DNA of 32,000 bases, taken from Candidatus Saccharimonadota bacterium (GTDB taxonomy: Bacteria > Bacteroidota > Bacteroidia > Flavobacteriales > Blattabacteriaceae). Under the pieces are notes generated by a model. It made no database searches. It was not told where the DNA came from and saw only the letters and a list, made by a program, of their open reading frames with translations. Of the stretch, positions 19,878-28,775 are shown piece by piece (the first letter of the stretch is position 1; each line of letters starts with the position of its first letter). The position numbers and the translations under genes were made by a program. Location: positions 60,001-92,000 of the forward strand of contig NZ_OZ034981.1 of NCBI RefSeq assembly GCF_964030875.1, given 5' to 3'.

Positions 19878-19979
19878 AGTTTCAAGCATTCTGAACTTCT
19901 GGACGATTTATAGTAATTTGAGCAACTCCTTTGCACATTTCAAAGGTTATGTATTTATACTTGCGAAGAGACTAACAAA

Positions 19980-21419
19980 CTATGGTTGACATGGATAACA
20001 CGAGGTTAAAAGTTTCTTCATGCTTACTTTTTCTTCTAAGAACTTATCAAGTTCTTTTATAGATAGACGTTCTTGTTTCATAGTATCTCTGTATCGTACT
20101 GTCAAAGTGTTCGTCCTCAAACTTTCATAGTCTATTGTGAAACAGAATGGGGTTCCAATAGCATCTTGACGACGATAACGTTTCCCGATAGATTCTTTAT
20201 CTTCATAAACTAGAGAATATTTCCATTTAAATTCATCAAAAATTTTTTCAGCTAATTCTGGTAACCCATCTTTTTTTAGCAAGGGTAATATAGCTGCCTT
20301 GATAGGAGAAATTGGTTCTGGTAATTTTAACACGAAACGGGAAGTTCCATCTGCCAAAATTTCTTTGTGAAGAGAAGAAGAAAATATTACAAGAAACAAA
20401 CGATCAAGACCTAATGAAGTTTCTATTACGTACGGAATGTAACTTTTATTTTTTTCTGCATCAAAGTACTGAATTTTTTTACCTGAAAAATATTGATGAT
20501 TTTTCAAATCAAAATCAGTCCGTGAATGAATACCTTCAATTTCTCTAAATCCAAAAGGAAAACGAAATTCTATATCAGAGGCAGCATTAGCATAATGAGC
20601 TAATTTAGTATGCTTACTAACACGATAGTTATCCGATGATAATCCCAAAGCTAAATGCCATTTTAGTCGGATTTCCTTCCAATATTCATACCATTTTATT
20701 TCCTCGCCTGGAGCTACAAAAAATTGCATTTCCATCTGTTCGAACTCGCGCATTCTAAAAATAAATTGTCTAGCTATAATTTCATTCCGAAAAACTTTAC
20801 CAATTTGCGCTATTCCAAAAGGAATTTTCATTCGTGTACTTTTTTGTACAGTCATCAAATTGACAAAAACTCCCTGAGCTGTTTCAGGCCGTAAATAAAG
20901 TGTAGTAGATTCTGAGCCTATACTGGTTTGAAACATCAAGTTAAATTTCCGTACATCTGTCCAATTTTTGGACCCTGATTTTGCATCTGAAATTCCTAAT
21001 TCATCAATCAATTTTTTGATCTCAGATAAATTATTTGCTTCCATCGAATGGACTATACGTTCTGAGATTTTCTTTTGTTGCAATTTTTCACAATAATCTT
21101 CTAGTAGAACATCTACACGATAACGATATCCACTATCTTTATTTTCAATTAAAAGATCATTAAAAGAATCCACATGTCCTGAAGATTTCCAAGTAGTAGG
21201 ATGCATTAGGATCGAAGTATCTATGCCGACGATATTTTTATGGATATTTACCATTGCTTTCCACCAATAATCTTTCAGATTGTTCTTCAGAGCTACTCCA
21301 TACGGACCGTAATCGTATATGGAACTTAATCCATCATAAATCTGACTTGAAGGAAAAATAAAACCATAAGATTTTGCGTGAGAAACGACAAGTTTTAGGA
21401 GATCATCATATTCCTTCAT
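19980..21419 (-). CDS. glyQS: glycine--tRNA ligase (dimeric class II type)
   Basis: 479-aa ORF. The N-terminus GFIFPSSQIYDGLSSIYDYGPYGVALKNNLKDYWW and the motifs FRNEIIARQFIFRMREFEQMEMQFF and ETSLGLDRL are typical of GlyRS. Confidence 0.94.
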   Translation of the reverse strand: MKEYDDLLKLVVSHAKSYGFIFPSSQIYDGLSSIYDYGPYGVALKNNLKDYWWKAMVNIHKNIVGIDTSILMHPTTWKSSGHVDSFNDLLIENKDSGYRYRVDVLLEDYCEKLQQKKISERIVHSMEANNLSEIKKLIDELGISDAKSGSKNWTDVRKFNLMFQTSIGSESTTLYLRPETAQGVFVNLMTVQKSTRMKIPFGIAQIGKVFRNEIIARQFIFRMREFEQMEMQFFVAPGEEIKWYEYWKEIRLKWHLALGLSSDNYRVSKHTKLAHYANAASDIEFRFPFGFREIEGIHSRTDFDLKNHQYFSGKKIQYFDAEKNKSYIPYVIETSLGLDRLFLVIFSSSLHKEILADGTSRFVLKLPEPISPIKAAILPLLKKDGLPELAEKIFDEFKWKYSLVYEDKESIGKRYRRQDAIGTPFCFTIDYESLRTNTLTVRYRDTMKQERLSIKELDKFLEEKVSMKKLLTSCYPCQP

Positions 21420-21435
21420 ATATACCCTGTATGAT

Positions 21436-21897
21436 TCATTTTTTTTTATGATCTACTTTAGTAGATATAAGTTCAAATGGTAGACTTACTTTTATTTTTC
21501 TATGTAACCTAATTTCAGCTCGGTGTTTGCCTAAAATTTTGACTTTATTAAGAATAATCAAATTTTTATCTACCTTAATATCATATTTACGGAGAGATTC
21601 TTCAATAGTATTATTGTTAATAGATCCAAAAAGCTTACCATCTGAACCTGTCCTCACCTTAATTTTAAGGTGAATCTTCCTAAGTTTTTCTGCTATTTCT
21701 TTAGCTTTTTTTATTAAATTTTCTTCTTTTTTAGAACGCTGCTTTAATATCTCCTGTATTTTTTTTTTATTAGATTTAGTAGATAATTCAGCATATCCAT
21801 TAGGTATAAGATAGTTTCTAGCGAACCCAGGCTTTACAACTATTTCTTCATATTTCAACCCAAGATTATCTATATCTTTTTTTAGGATAATTCGCAT
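21436..21897 (-). CDS. rplI: 50S ribosomal protein L9
   Basis: 153-aa ORF with an L9 N-terminus (MRIILKKDIDNLGLKYEEIVVKPGFARNYLIPNGYA). It lies downstream of rpsF-rpsR. Confidence 0.92.
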   Translation of the reverse strand: MRIILKKDIDNLGLKYEEIVVKPGFARNYLIPNGYAELSTKSNKKKIQEILKQRSKKEENLIKKAKEIAEKLRKIHLKIKVRTGSDGKLFGSINNNTIEESLRKYDIKVDKNLIILNKVKILGKHRAEIRLHRKIKVSLPFELISTKVDHKKK

Positions 21898-21909
21898 ATT
21901 TATTAAGGT

Positions 21910-22212
21910 TTATTTCAAATCGTCAGTTATAAAAGGGAGAATCGCTAAATGTCTTGCTCTTTTTATCGCCTTACTGACTTTCCCCTGATACTTAACAGAA
22001 GTTCCTGTAATCCTCCGTGGTAAAATTTGACCCTGAGGATTGAGAAATTTTAATAAAAAGTTAGGATTTTTGTAATCTACATGTTTTAGACCGTATTTCT
22101 TAAAAAGGCAATATTTATGACGAGGTTTTTCATAGATTTCTATCGGAGATAGATAACGTATTTCTCCTTCTTTTCCTTGCTTAGCTTGTTTTTCTAGGTT
22201 GTTTAATTCCAT
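21910..22212 (-). CDS. rpsR: 30S ribosomal protein S18
   Basis: S18 core (DYKNPNFLLKFLNPQGQILPRRITGTSVKYQGKVSKAIKRARHLAILPF). ORF track start is 22236. The ATG at 22212 (MELNNLEKQ...) gives the usual roughly 100-aa length. Either start overlaps the 3-prime end of rpsF. Confidence 0.9.
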   Translation of the reverse strand: MELNNLEKQAKQGKEGEIRYLSPIEIYEKPRHKYCLFKKYGLKHVDYKNPNFLLKFLNPQGQILPRRITGTSVKYQGKVSKAIKRARHLAILPFITDDLK

Positions 22213-22546
22213 AATTGTTTTTTTTATAATATTCAAATGAATGTTGATTCAGCCTTATGATAAGAAAACGGATCACGCGTTCGTCTCTATTAAAGAAGAG
22301 TTCAAGTTCTGATATTATGTTTTTCGATGGGATTTCTCCATCGAGAGAAAATAAAAATAGTTCATAGTATCCGGTTTTTTTTTTCTTTATCGGATAAGCC
22401 AATTTTTTGAGTCCCCAGGATTCGTGTTTCTCTATTACAACATGATTTTTTTTAAGTAAACTATTAACGTTTTCTATTGTTTCTTCTACCTGATTTTTTG
22501 ATAGAACTGGAGTTAATATAAAAACAGTCTCATAATATTTTGACAT
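22181..22546 (-). CDS. rpsF: 30S ribosomal protein S6
   Basis: 121-aa ORF with an S6 N-terminus (MSKYYETVFILTPVLSKNQVEETI...HESWGLKKLAYPIKKKKTGYY). Operon order is rpsF-rpsR-rplI. Confidence 0.92.
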   Translation of the reverse strand: MSKYYETVFILTPVLSKNQVEETIENVNSLLKKNHVVIEKHESWGLKKLAYPIKKKKTGYYELFLFSLDGEIPSKNIISELELFFNRDERVIRFLIIRLNQHSFEYYKKNNYGIKQPRKTS

Positions 22547-22557
22547 GAACTATATGT

Positions 22558-23703
22558 TTATAATGAATTTGAGGTATTAATACATTCCTTTAAAGCAATA
22601 ATAAGTGCGTCTATATCCTTCTTAGTATTAGTTATTCCTAAAGAAATACGTAACGTAGTTCTATTTTCTGGTCCCGAAATTGTGTGTATAACATGAGACG
22701 ATAGTCCTATACCTGATAAACAAGCACTTCCTTGTGCTACAGCAATACCTTTAAGATCAAGACAAAAATGTAACACATCATCTGGTTTAGGCAAAGAAAT
22801 ACTTAATATTGTATAAATACTTTGTTGAAGATTATCAGAAAGACCATTGAATTGTACCTCTGGGATAGCCTTTTTAAGCTCAAAAATAGCATATTTTTTA
22901 ATATCTTCTATATACGAGTGTTCTTTATCAAGATATTGCATAGAACATTCTAGAGCTTTAGCCATGGCTACAATACCATATAAGTTTTCGGTCCCTGCAC
23001 GTATACCAAGTTCTTGAACTCCTCCATGTATAAAACCTTTTTGTAAGGAACCCTTTCGGATAAAAGCAAAACCTACTCCCAATGGGCCATAAAATTTATG
23101 AGCTCCAGCTGATGCAAAATCCACTCCAATTTTTTGCATATTTAATTTATAATGACCAATAGTTTGAACTGTATCAGAGTGAAACCAAGCCTTATATTTT
23201 TTACATATAGCAGAGACTTTTTTCAATGGGAGAATATTTCCTATTTCATTGTTAGCATGCATTAAGCTTACTAACGTAGTAAAAGAAAAATTTTGTAATC
23301 TATTTTCTAGATCCTCAAGATCTATTCTTCCGTGAGATTTAAGTTTAACAAATTCTAATATTATCCCATGATTTTTAAATAATTGAGAAGAGGTCTCCAG
23401 AACCGATTTATGTTCAATAGGTGAAGTAATAATCCGTTTAACTTTAAGTTGTTGAATAACAGTTGTTAAAATCATATTATTCACTTCAGTACCTCCAGAA
23501 GTAAAAATAATTTCCGAAGATCGTACATTTAAAAGTTTGGCAATAGTTCTTCTTGAATTTTCTATTGCAAAACGTGCTGATCTTCCCCATTTATGATTAG
23601 AAGAAGGATTCCCAAAAAAAACTAGTAAAGTATTAGTCAGAGTTTTGATAACTTCCGGTCTGATGGGAGTCGTAGCAGCATTATCCAAGTATATATTCAA
23701 CAA
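22558..23703 (-). CDS. iscS: cysteine desulfurase (class V aminotransferase, NifS/IscS-like)
   Basis: 381-aa ORF with YLDNAATTP, FTSGGTEVNN and the PLP-lysine context SAGAHKFYGPLGVGF. The start codon is TTG. The symbol is a best guess within the NifS/IscS family. Confidence 0.8.
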   Translation of the reverse strand: MLNIYLDNAATTPIRPEVIKTLTNTLLVFFGNPSSNHKWGRSARFAIENSRRTIAKLLNVRSSEIIFTSGGTEVNNMILTTVIQQLKVKRIITSPIEHKSVLETSSQLFKNHGIILEFVKLKSHGRIDLEDLENRLQNFSFTTLVSLMHANNEIGNILPLKKVSAICKKYKAWFHSDTVQTIGHYKLNMQKIGVDFASAGAHKFYGPLGVGFAFIRKGSLQKGFIHGGVQELGIRAGTENLYGIVAMAKALECSMQYLDKEHSYIEDIKKYAIFELKKAIPEVQFNGLSDNLQQSIYTILSISLPKPDDVLHFCLDLKGIAVAQGSACLSGIGLSSHVIHTISGPENRTTLRISLGITNTKKDIDALIIALKECINTSNSL

Positions 23704-23728
23704 TTCAACAATAAATTTTTCTCTATAG

Positions 23729-24715
23729 ATGATTAAAAAAATTGAACAAATCCATTTAGATATAAAGAAGTTTATTGCTAATGGTCAAGAAGATATAGAA
23801 ACTTTTAAAGTCAAATATTTTGGTAAAAAAGGAAAGATTACAGAGCTATTTAAAGAGTTCAAAACATTACCATCGAGAGAAAAGAAAGATGTAGGTGCAG
23901 AACTTAACCGGTTAAAAAACGAGTGTAACGAAATTATTCGACAAAATAAATATAAACAAAAAAAAAATGAAGAATCTCTAGAGGATTTAACTAAATCTGG
24001 AAACCCCTATATCTTTGGAGCACGTCATCCTATTTCTCTAGTAAAAAATAGTATCATAAACATCTTCAATCAAATAGGGTTTACTCCTTATGAAGGTCCA
24101 GAAATTGAAGATGATTGGCATAATTTTACTGCTTTAAATATTCCGGATTATCATCCAGCAAGAAATATGCAAGATACATTCTTTATAGAGAAAGATCCTG
24201 ATATATTACTCCGTACACACACTTCTTCGGTACAAATTCGTTATATGGAAAAACACCGTCCACCTATTCGGATTTTATCTTCTGGAAGAGTGTATCGAAA
24301 TGAAGCGATTTCTCCTAGATCTCACCATATGTTTCATCAAATAGAAGGTTTGTATGTAGATACAAAAGTTTCTTTTTCCGATTTAAAGCAAATGATTCAA
24401 TATTTCACTAATTCTCTTTTTGGAAGCTCTAGAATTAGATTCCGTCCTTCGTATTTTCCTTTTACTGAACCTAGTGCTGAAGTAGATGTTTATTGTGAGT
24501 TAAAAACTAAAACAGGTTGGTTAGAAATTATGGGGTGCGGAATGGTAAATACACAAGTTTTACGAAATGTAGATATTGATCCGGATAAATTTTCAGGATT
24601 TGCCTTTGGTATTGGTATTGAACGAATTGCTTTGTTTCTCTATAAAATTGGAGATATTCGACTTTTTTTTGAAAATGATATTAGATTTTTGAGGCAATTT
24701 GAGAGTATTCATTAA
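23729..24715 (+). CDS. pheS: phenylalanine--tRNA ligase alpha subunit
   Basis: 328-aa ORF with [49 protein letters not shown] and [12 protein letters not shown] class II motifs. Confidence 0.95.
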   Translation: MIKKIEQIHLDIKKFIANGQEDIETFKVKYFGKKGKITELFKEFKTLPSREKKDVGAELNRLKNECNEIIRQNKYKQKKNEESLEDLTKSGNPYIFGARHPISLVKNSIINIFNQIGFTPYEGPEIEDDWHNFTALNIPDYHPARNMQDTFFIEKDPDILLRTHTSSVQIRYMEKHRPPIRILSSGRVYRNEAISPRSHHMFHQIEGLYVDTKVSFSDLKQMIQYFTNSLFGSSRIRFRPSYFPFTEPSAEVDVYCELKTKTGWLEIMGCGMVNTQVLRNVDIDPDKFSGFAFGIGIERIALFLYKIGDIRLFFENDIRFLRQFESIH

Positions 24716-24727
24716 AATCCCCTATCC

Positions 24728-25498
24728 ATGAAGTGGATTCACTCAAAATCCATGTTATCAAACTCCATATATGGATTACACCCATTGATAGAAGCTATCA
24801 AATCAGGAAAAATTATAGATCAAATTTTTTTACAAAAAGGATTACTAGGTAACAATTACTATACCTTATATGAATTGATTAAAAAACATCGGATACCATT
24901 CCAAAATGTTTCACTAGAAACACTTAATCGTCTGACAAAGAAAAATCATCAAGGAGTTTTTGCTTTTATTTCTTCTATAGATTTTCATTGTATTGAAAAT
25001 TTACTGCCTAAAGTTTCTGAATTAGGAAATATTCCGTTATTCCTTGTATTGGACGGCATTACAGATGTACGAAATTTTGGTGCTATTATTCGGACATCCG
25101 AATGTGTTGGTGTAAACGCAATAATTATCCCCTCAAAAGGATCAGCACCAGTAAATTCTGACACTATCAAGACTTCTTCAGGAGCTATTTTTAAAATCCC
25201 TATTTGTAAAGAAAATAACCTTATAAGGTCGTTAAGATTTTTGAAAAAATCTGGGTTACACATTATAGCAGCCACAGAAAAAGCCGATACTATTTTTTAT
25301 GAGGCTAATCTCTCTGTCCCTTTGGCTATTATTTTAGGCAATGAAGAAAAAGGAATTTCAAAATCTTGTTTGTCTTTCTCTGATGAGAAATTAAAATTAC
25401 CAATGTTGGGAACAATTTCTTCATTGAATGTTTCTGTGGTTTGCGGAGTTATTCTATACGAAATATTGCGACAACGGTTACGTGTTGCAAAATTATAA
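24728..25498 (+). CDS. rlmB: SpoU/TrmH-family RNA 2-prime-O-methyltransferase (RlmB-like)
   Basis: 256-aa ORF with IYGLHPLIEAIKSG, NHQGVFAFIS, VLDGITDVRNFGAIIRTSECVGVNAIIIP, ILGNEEKGIS and SLNVSVVCGVILYE. Confidence 0.85.
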   Translation: MKWIHSKSMLSNSIYGLHPLIEAIKSGKIIDQIFLQKGLLGNNYYTLYELIKKHRIPFQNVSLETLNRLTKKNHQGVFAFISSIDFHCIENLLPKVSELGNIPLFLVLDGITDVRNFGAIIRTSECVGVNAIIIPSKGSAPVNSDTIKTSSGAIFKIPICKENNLIRSLRFLKKSGLHIIAATEKADTIFYEANLSVPLAIILGNEEKGISKSCLSFSDEKLKLPMLGTISSLNVSVVCGVILYEILRQRLRVAKL

Positions 25499-25592
25499 CG
25501 AAAACTTTAAAAAAATATAAGCGTAGCACACATTTATATACTTGGACAAATGTAGAAAATTTAGTTAATTTGATAAACGGACATTTTTAATT

Positions 25593-26576
25593 ATGAAAGA
25601 AATGACTTTTCGTGAGGTAATTGCTGCAGCTATGAGCGAAGAAATGAGAAAAGATCCGAGCATATATTTAATGGGAGAAGAAGTAGCAGAATATAACGGT
25701 GCTTATAAAGCATCCAAGGGAATGCTTGATGAATTCGGTTACAAAAGAATTGTAGACACACCAATTTCAGAGCTGGGATTTTCTGGTATTGGTATAGGAT
25801 CTGCTATGAATGGATGCCGACCAATTATTGAATATATGACGTTTAATTTTTCTCTTGTAGCTATAGATCAAATCATAAATAATGCGGCAAAAATCCGACA
25901 GATGAGTGGAGGACAATGGAGTATTCCTATTGTATTCAGAGGGCCTACCGGATCAGCAGGTCAATTGGGAGCTACACATTCACAAGCATTTGAAAACTGG
26001 TATGCTAATTGTCCTGGATTGAAAGTAGTCATTCCTTCTAATCCTTACGATGCTAAAGGACTATTAAAATCAGCTATCCGTGACGATGATCCAGTGATTT
26101 TTATGGAATCTGAACAAATGTACGGGGATAAAATGATGATTCCAGAAGAGGAATATGTCTTACCCATTGGGGTAACGGATATTAAAAGAATAGGAAAAGA
26201 TCTAACGTTAGTATCGTTCGGTAAAATGATGAAAGTAGCTTTGTCATCTGCCGAGTTTCTTTCAACAGAAGGTATTGATATAGAAGTTATTGATTTACGA
26301 ACAATACGCCCATTAGATTATGAACCTATTGTAAAATCGGTAAAAAAAACTAACAGACTAGTGATTCTTGAAGAATCCTGTCCTTTTGCATCTATTGCCT
26401 CTGAAATTGCTTACTTTGTTCAAAAAACAATATTTGATTATTTAGATGCTCCTATTATAAAGATCAATGTTCAAGATGTTCCAGCTCCTTATGCCCCTAA
26501 TCTGATAAATAAATGGTATCCTAATTCATATAAAGTAATTGAAGTTATAAAAAATCTTTTATACTGCAGAAGCTAA
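25593..26576 (+). CDS. pdhB: pyruvate (2-oxoacid) dehydrogenase E1 component beta subunit
   Basis: 327-aa ORF with MTFREVIAAAMSEEMRKDPSIYLMGEEVAEYNGAYKASKGMLDEFG, DTPISELGFSGIGIGSAMNG and a transketolase C-terminal domain pattern. Confidence 0.9.
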   Translation: MKEMTFREVIAAAMSEEMRKDPSIYLMGEEVAEYNGAYKASKGMLDEFGYKRIVDTPISELGFSGIGIGSAMNGCRPIIEYMTFNFSLVAIDQIINNAAKIRQMSGGQWSIPIVFRGPTGSAGQLGATHSQAFENWYANCPGLKVVIPSNPYDAKGLLKSAIRDDDPVIFMESEQMYGDKMMIPEEEYVLPIGVTDIKRIGKDLTLVSFGKMMKVALSSAEFLSTEGIDIEVIDLRTIRPLDYEPIVKSVKKTNRLVILEESCPFASIASEIAYFVQKTIFDYLDAPIIKINVQDVPAPYAPNLINKWYPNSYKVIEVIKNLLYCRS

Positions 26577-26614
26577 AGATCAGTATAAATAAAAGCACGT
26601 TGTGGAATAAATAT

Positions 26615-26812
26615 TTATTTCTTCACAAGTGTTATTAGTTCTACAACTACTTTACCTCTATAGTAAAGCTTATTATTGTCCCAATGAGCACGATGATATA
26701 AGTGTGTTTTTCCTGTCGTAGAACAATAAGTAAGCTGAGGTAACATCGCTTTGCAATGAGTTCTCCTTTTATTCCTCCTGGATTTAGATTGTCTTCTTTT
26801 AGGATTAGGCAT
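26615..26812 (-). CDS. rpmF: 50S ribosomal protein L32
   Basis: 65-aa [25 protein letters not shown] is the L32 signature N-terminus. Confidence 0.93.
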   Translation of the reverse strand: MPNPKRRQSKSRRNKRRTHCKAMLPQLTYCSTTGKTHLYHRAHWDNNKLYYRGKVVVELITLVKK

Positions 26813-26948
26813 ACTTGTTTTTTTTTAAATTTTTCATTTTGTACATTGAAAGGAATACAACAACATACTTCATGTACTCCAGCGGAATCTCTCAGTAGGT
26901 TACATAAGGGCATCTAAGATTACTTGAAGACAGGAAGGTCCGTAATGT

Positions 26949-27803
26949 TTATTTTTTTTTATCATTTAATATTTTGAATAATTTATTTATCATCCCATTG
27001 ACAAATATTCTACTTTTTTCAGTTGAATACATTTTTGTAATTTCTATATATTCGTTCATTGTTACTCGTGAGGGTATACTTGGGAAATGGAGAAATTCGC
27101 ATATAGACATTTGCAAAATAATCAAATCTAAAATGGCTATTCTTTCAAGGTTCCAATTTTTAGAAGTTTTACGAATCAATGCATTGAATTCATTTTTGTA
27201 TATAAAAGTTTTATGAAAAAGCTTATGAACAAAATATTTGTTATCATAGATATTGTAGAGATGAAAGTTATTAGGTGTGCTTGGGGTTATAAATTTTAAT
27301 GTATTATATACCATTATATTAGCTGGATATAAATCATCAACCCATGTTATGTAGTCTTCTTCTAAACACTCATAAAGTTTATCATGATTAGCGAAATTTT
27401 CTTCATAATAATGCAAAATAAAATTTTTATCTTCTTCAAACGAACTTTTTACAGTTGAACAATAATCGTGATAAAGTGGAAGTGTATATAATTCTTTAAA
27501 AAGAATCAATAAATAATCGTCATAATTATTCCAACTAAGTTGCTTATTATCATTAATATATTGGCATAGTTTCTTATTCTTTGAAAGAATGATTAACAGC
27601 TTATTATCAGCTAATTTATCTACTGGGAATCTTTTTTTTTCATGTAATCCGAGAAGAAGACTAAGTAAATATATGTATAGATCAAAAATTTTTTCTATAC
27701 TATGAAACATATTGGATTCTACTATTTGAGTATCTTCATTTGATATGTGTTGGGCGTACAAAAATTGCATTACTTTAGTTCTAAAATTATTTATTACCAA
27801 CAT
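26949..27803 (-). CDS. nusB: transcription antitermination factor NusB (long Bacteroidota form)
   Basis: 284-aa ORF. The N-terminus is RTKVMQFLYAQ. The C-terminal NusB core is NWNLERIAILDLIILQMSICEFLHFPSIPSRVTMNEYIEITKMYSTEKSRIFVNGMINKL. Confidence 0.85.
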   Translation of the reverse strand: MLVINNFRTKVMQFLYAQHISNEDTQIVESNMFHSIEKIFDLYIYLLSLLLGLHEKKRFPVDKLADNKLLIILSKNKKLCQYINDNKQLSWNNYDDYLLILFKELYTLPLYHDYCSTVKSSFEEDKNFILHYYEENFANHDKLYECLEEDYITWVDDLYPANIMVYNTLKFITPSTPNNFHLYNIYDNKYFVHKLFHKTFIYKNEFNALIRKTSKNWNLERIAILDLIILQMSICEFLHFPSIPSRVTMNEYIEITKMYSTEKSRIFVNGMINKLFKILNDKKK

Positions 27804-27882
27804 TGATTAATAATTATTTGACGTGTTACGTCAGATGATAACCGTTGATTATTCGCTTGTGCTTCTAAGAGAACTAACCTTA

Positions 27883-28755
27883 TTACGTTAACCTGTCAAG
27901 ATAGGATTGGAGAATGTTTATTTGTGAGCTATGACGAAGTTTTCTACATGCCTTATCTTTTATCTGTCTCACTCTCTCTCTAGTAAGGTCATGTTCTTTT
28001 CCTATTTCCTCTAGAGTCCGAGGAGGGTGACCATCTAGTCCGAAACATTTTTTAGTAATCTCACGTTCACGTGGCGTGAGATCATTCATTAAACTAACAA
28101 TATCAATTCGTAAAGATTCTTGAATAAGATTTTCATCAGGAATAGGTGATTCATTGGAATGAATTATATCATATAAATTATAGTCTTCCCCTTCAGCTAA
28201 TGGGGCATCCATAGAAACAGATCTAACCGAATTTTTTATAGATTCTTTTACATCGTCTTCATGGATATCAAGTACTTCTCCAATTTCTCGAGTTGAGGGT
28301 AAACGTTCATACTTTTGTTCTAACTGTGCTAAAGTTTTATTAATCTTGCTGATTAATGCACATTTATTCATGGGCAAACGCACCAGACGTGAACATTCAG
28401 CAATAGCTTGCATAATGGATTGACGACACCACCATACAGCATAAGAAATGAATTTAAATCCTTTCGTCGGATCGAATCTCTTAGCAGCCTTTATAAGGCC
28501 CAAATTTCCCTCATTGATAAGATCTCCTAAACTTAGTCCTTGATTTTGATACTGTTTACTTACAGATACCACAAATCGTAAATTTGCCTTCACAAGTTTA
28601 TTAAGAGCTACTTCATCTCCTTTTTGAATCCGCAGTGCTAATTCTACCTCCTCTTCAGGAGTAAGTAAAGATTCTTTTCCTATTTCATGTAAATACTTAT
28701 CAAGAGAAGGCATTTCCCGATTAGTTACTTGCTTAGTAATTTTAAGTTGTCTCAT
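27883..28755 (-). CDS. rpoD: RNA polymerase primary sigma factor (short Bacteroidota sigma-A)
   Basis: 290-aa ORF with region 2 (ANLRFVVSVSKQYQNQGLSLGDLINEGNLGLIKAAKRFDPTKGFKFISYAVWWCRQSI) and region 4 (TLEEIGKEHDLTRERVRQIKDKA). Confidence 0.94.
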   Translation of the reverse strand: MRQLKITKQVTNREMPSLDKYLHEIGKESLLTPEEEVELALRIQKGDEVALNKLVKANLRFVVSVSKQYQNQGLSLGDLINEGNLGLIKAAKRFDPTKGFKFISYAVWWCRQSIMQAIAECSRLVRLPMNKCALISKINKTLAQLEQKYERLPSTREIGEVLDIHEDDVKESIKNSVRSVSMDAPLAEGEDYNLYDIIHSNESPIPDENLIQESLRIDIVSLMNDLTPREREITKKCFGLDGHPPRTLEEIGKEHDLTRERVRQIKDKACRKLRHSSQINILQSYLDRLT

Positions 28756-28775
28756 AATATTATCGTGTCAGTATA

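Larger units (their letters stand above)
19290..19979 (-). pseudogene. menB: 1,4-dihydroxy-2-naphthoyl-CoA synthase (naphthoate synthase) pseudogene, heavily eroded
   Basis: Minus-strand fragments in shifting frames follow MenB in order. YKYITFEMCKGVAQITINRPEVQNA(stop) comes first, then [25 protein letters not shown]. Next are [25 protein letters not shown](stop)EN, QKKSRSILVLCQQYSAKEA and IQSPMAMIKRCINAELDGQHGLMQPAGDAT, and finally LMYYLTEESQE. These compare with E. coli [119 protein letters not shown]. There are several stops, frameshifts and internal deletions. No ORF of track length lies in this region. Confidence 0.8.

Noticed and set aside
22181-22236. A 32-56 nt overlap between the rpsF 3-prime end and the rpsR 5-prime end
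   Set aside because: It is probably a drifted S6 C-terminal tail (stop-codon loss) in a compact genome. Both proteins keep their conserved cores, so nothing points to programmed coupling beyond ordinary overlap.
25530-25592. Putative Bacteroidota-type promoter (TTG … TAATTTG) upstream of pdhB
   Set aside because: The -7 element matches TAnnTTTG imperfectly, the spacing to the TTG is about 21 nt, and such strings are frequent in AT-rich sequence. It is not supportable without transcript mapping.
26604-26619. 16-bp perfect palindrome GAATAAATATTTATTC between convergent pdhB and rpmF as a bidirectional terminator
   Set aside because: The stem is almost pure A/T and therefore very weak, it overlaps the rpmF stop codon, and it is expected by chance in DNA this AT-rich.
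26813-26948. Possible remnant of the DUF177/YceD gene that usually precedes rpmF (includes track ORF 26647-26913)
   Set aside because: The 136-bp spacer looks slightly GC-richer than other spacers. Its minus-strand translation (…HEVCCCIPFNVQNE…) has clustered cysteines. However, I cannot align it convincingly to the family, and the 88-aa ORF largely overlaps rpmF out of frame.
27819-27833. Hairpin TGACGT-gtt-ACGTCA between rpoD and nusB as a terminator or regulator site
   Set aside because: The stem is only 6 bp, with no U-tract on the relevant (minus) strand. A chance palindrome in a 79-bp spacer is plausible.
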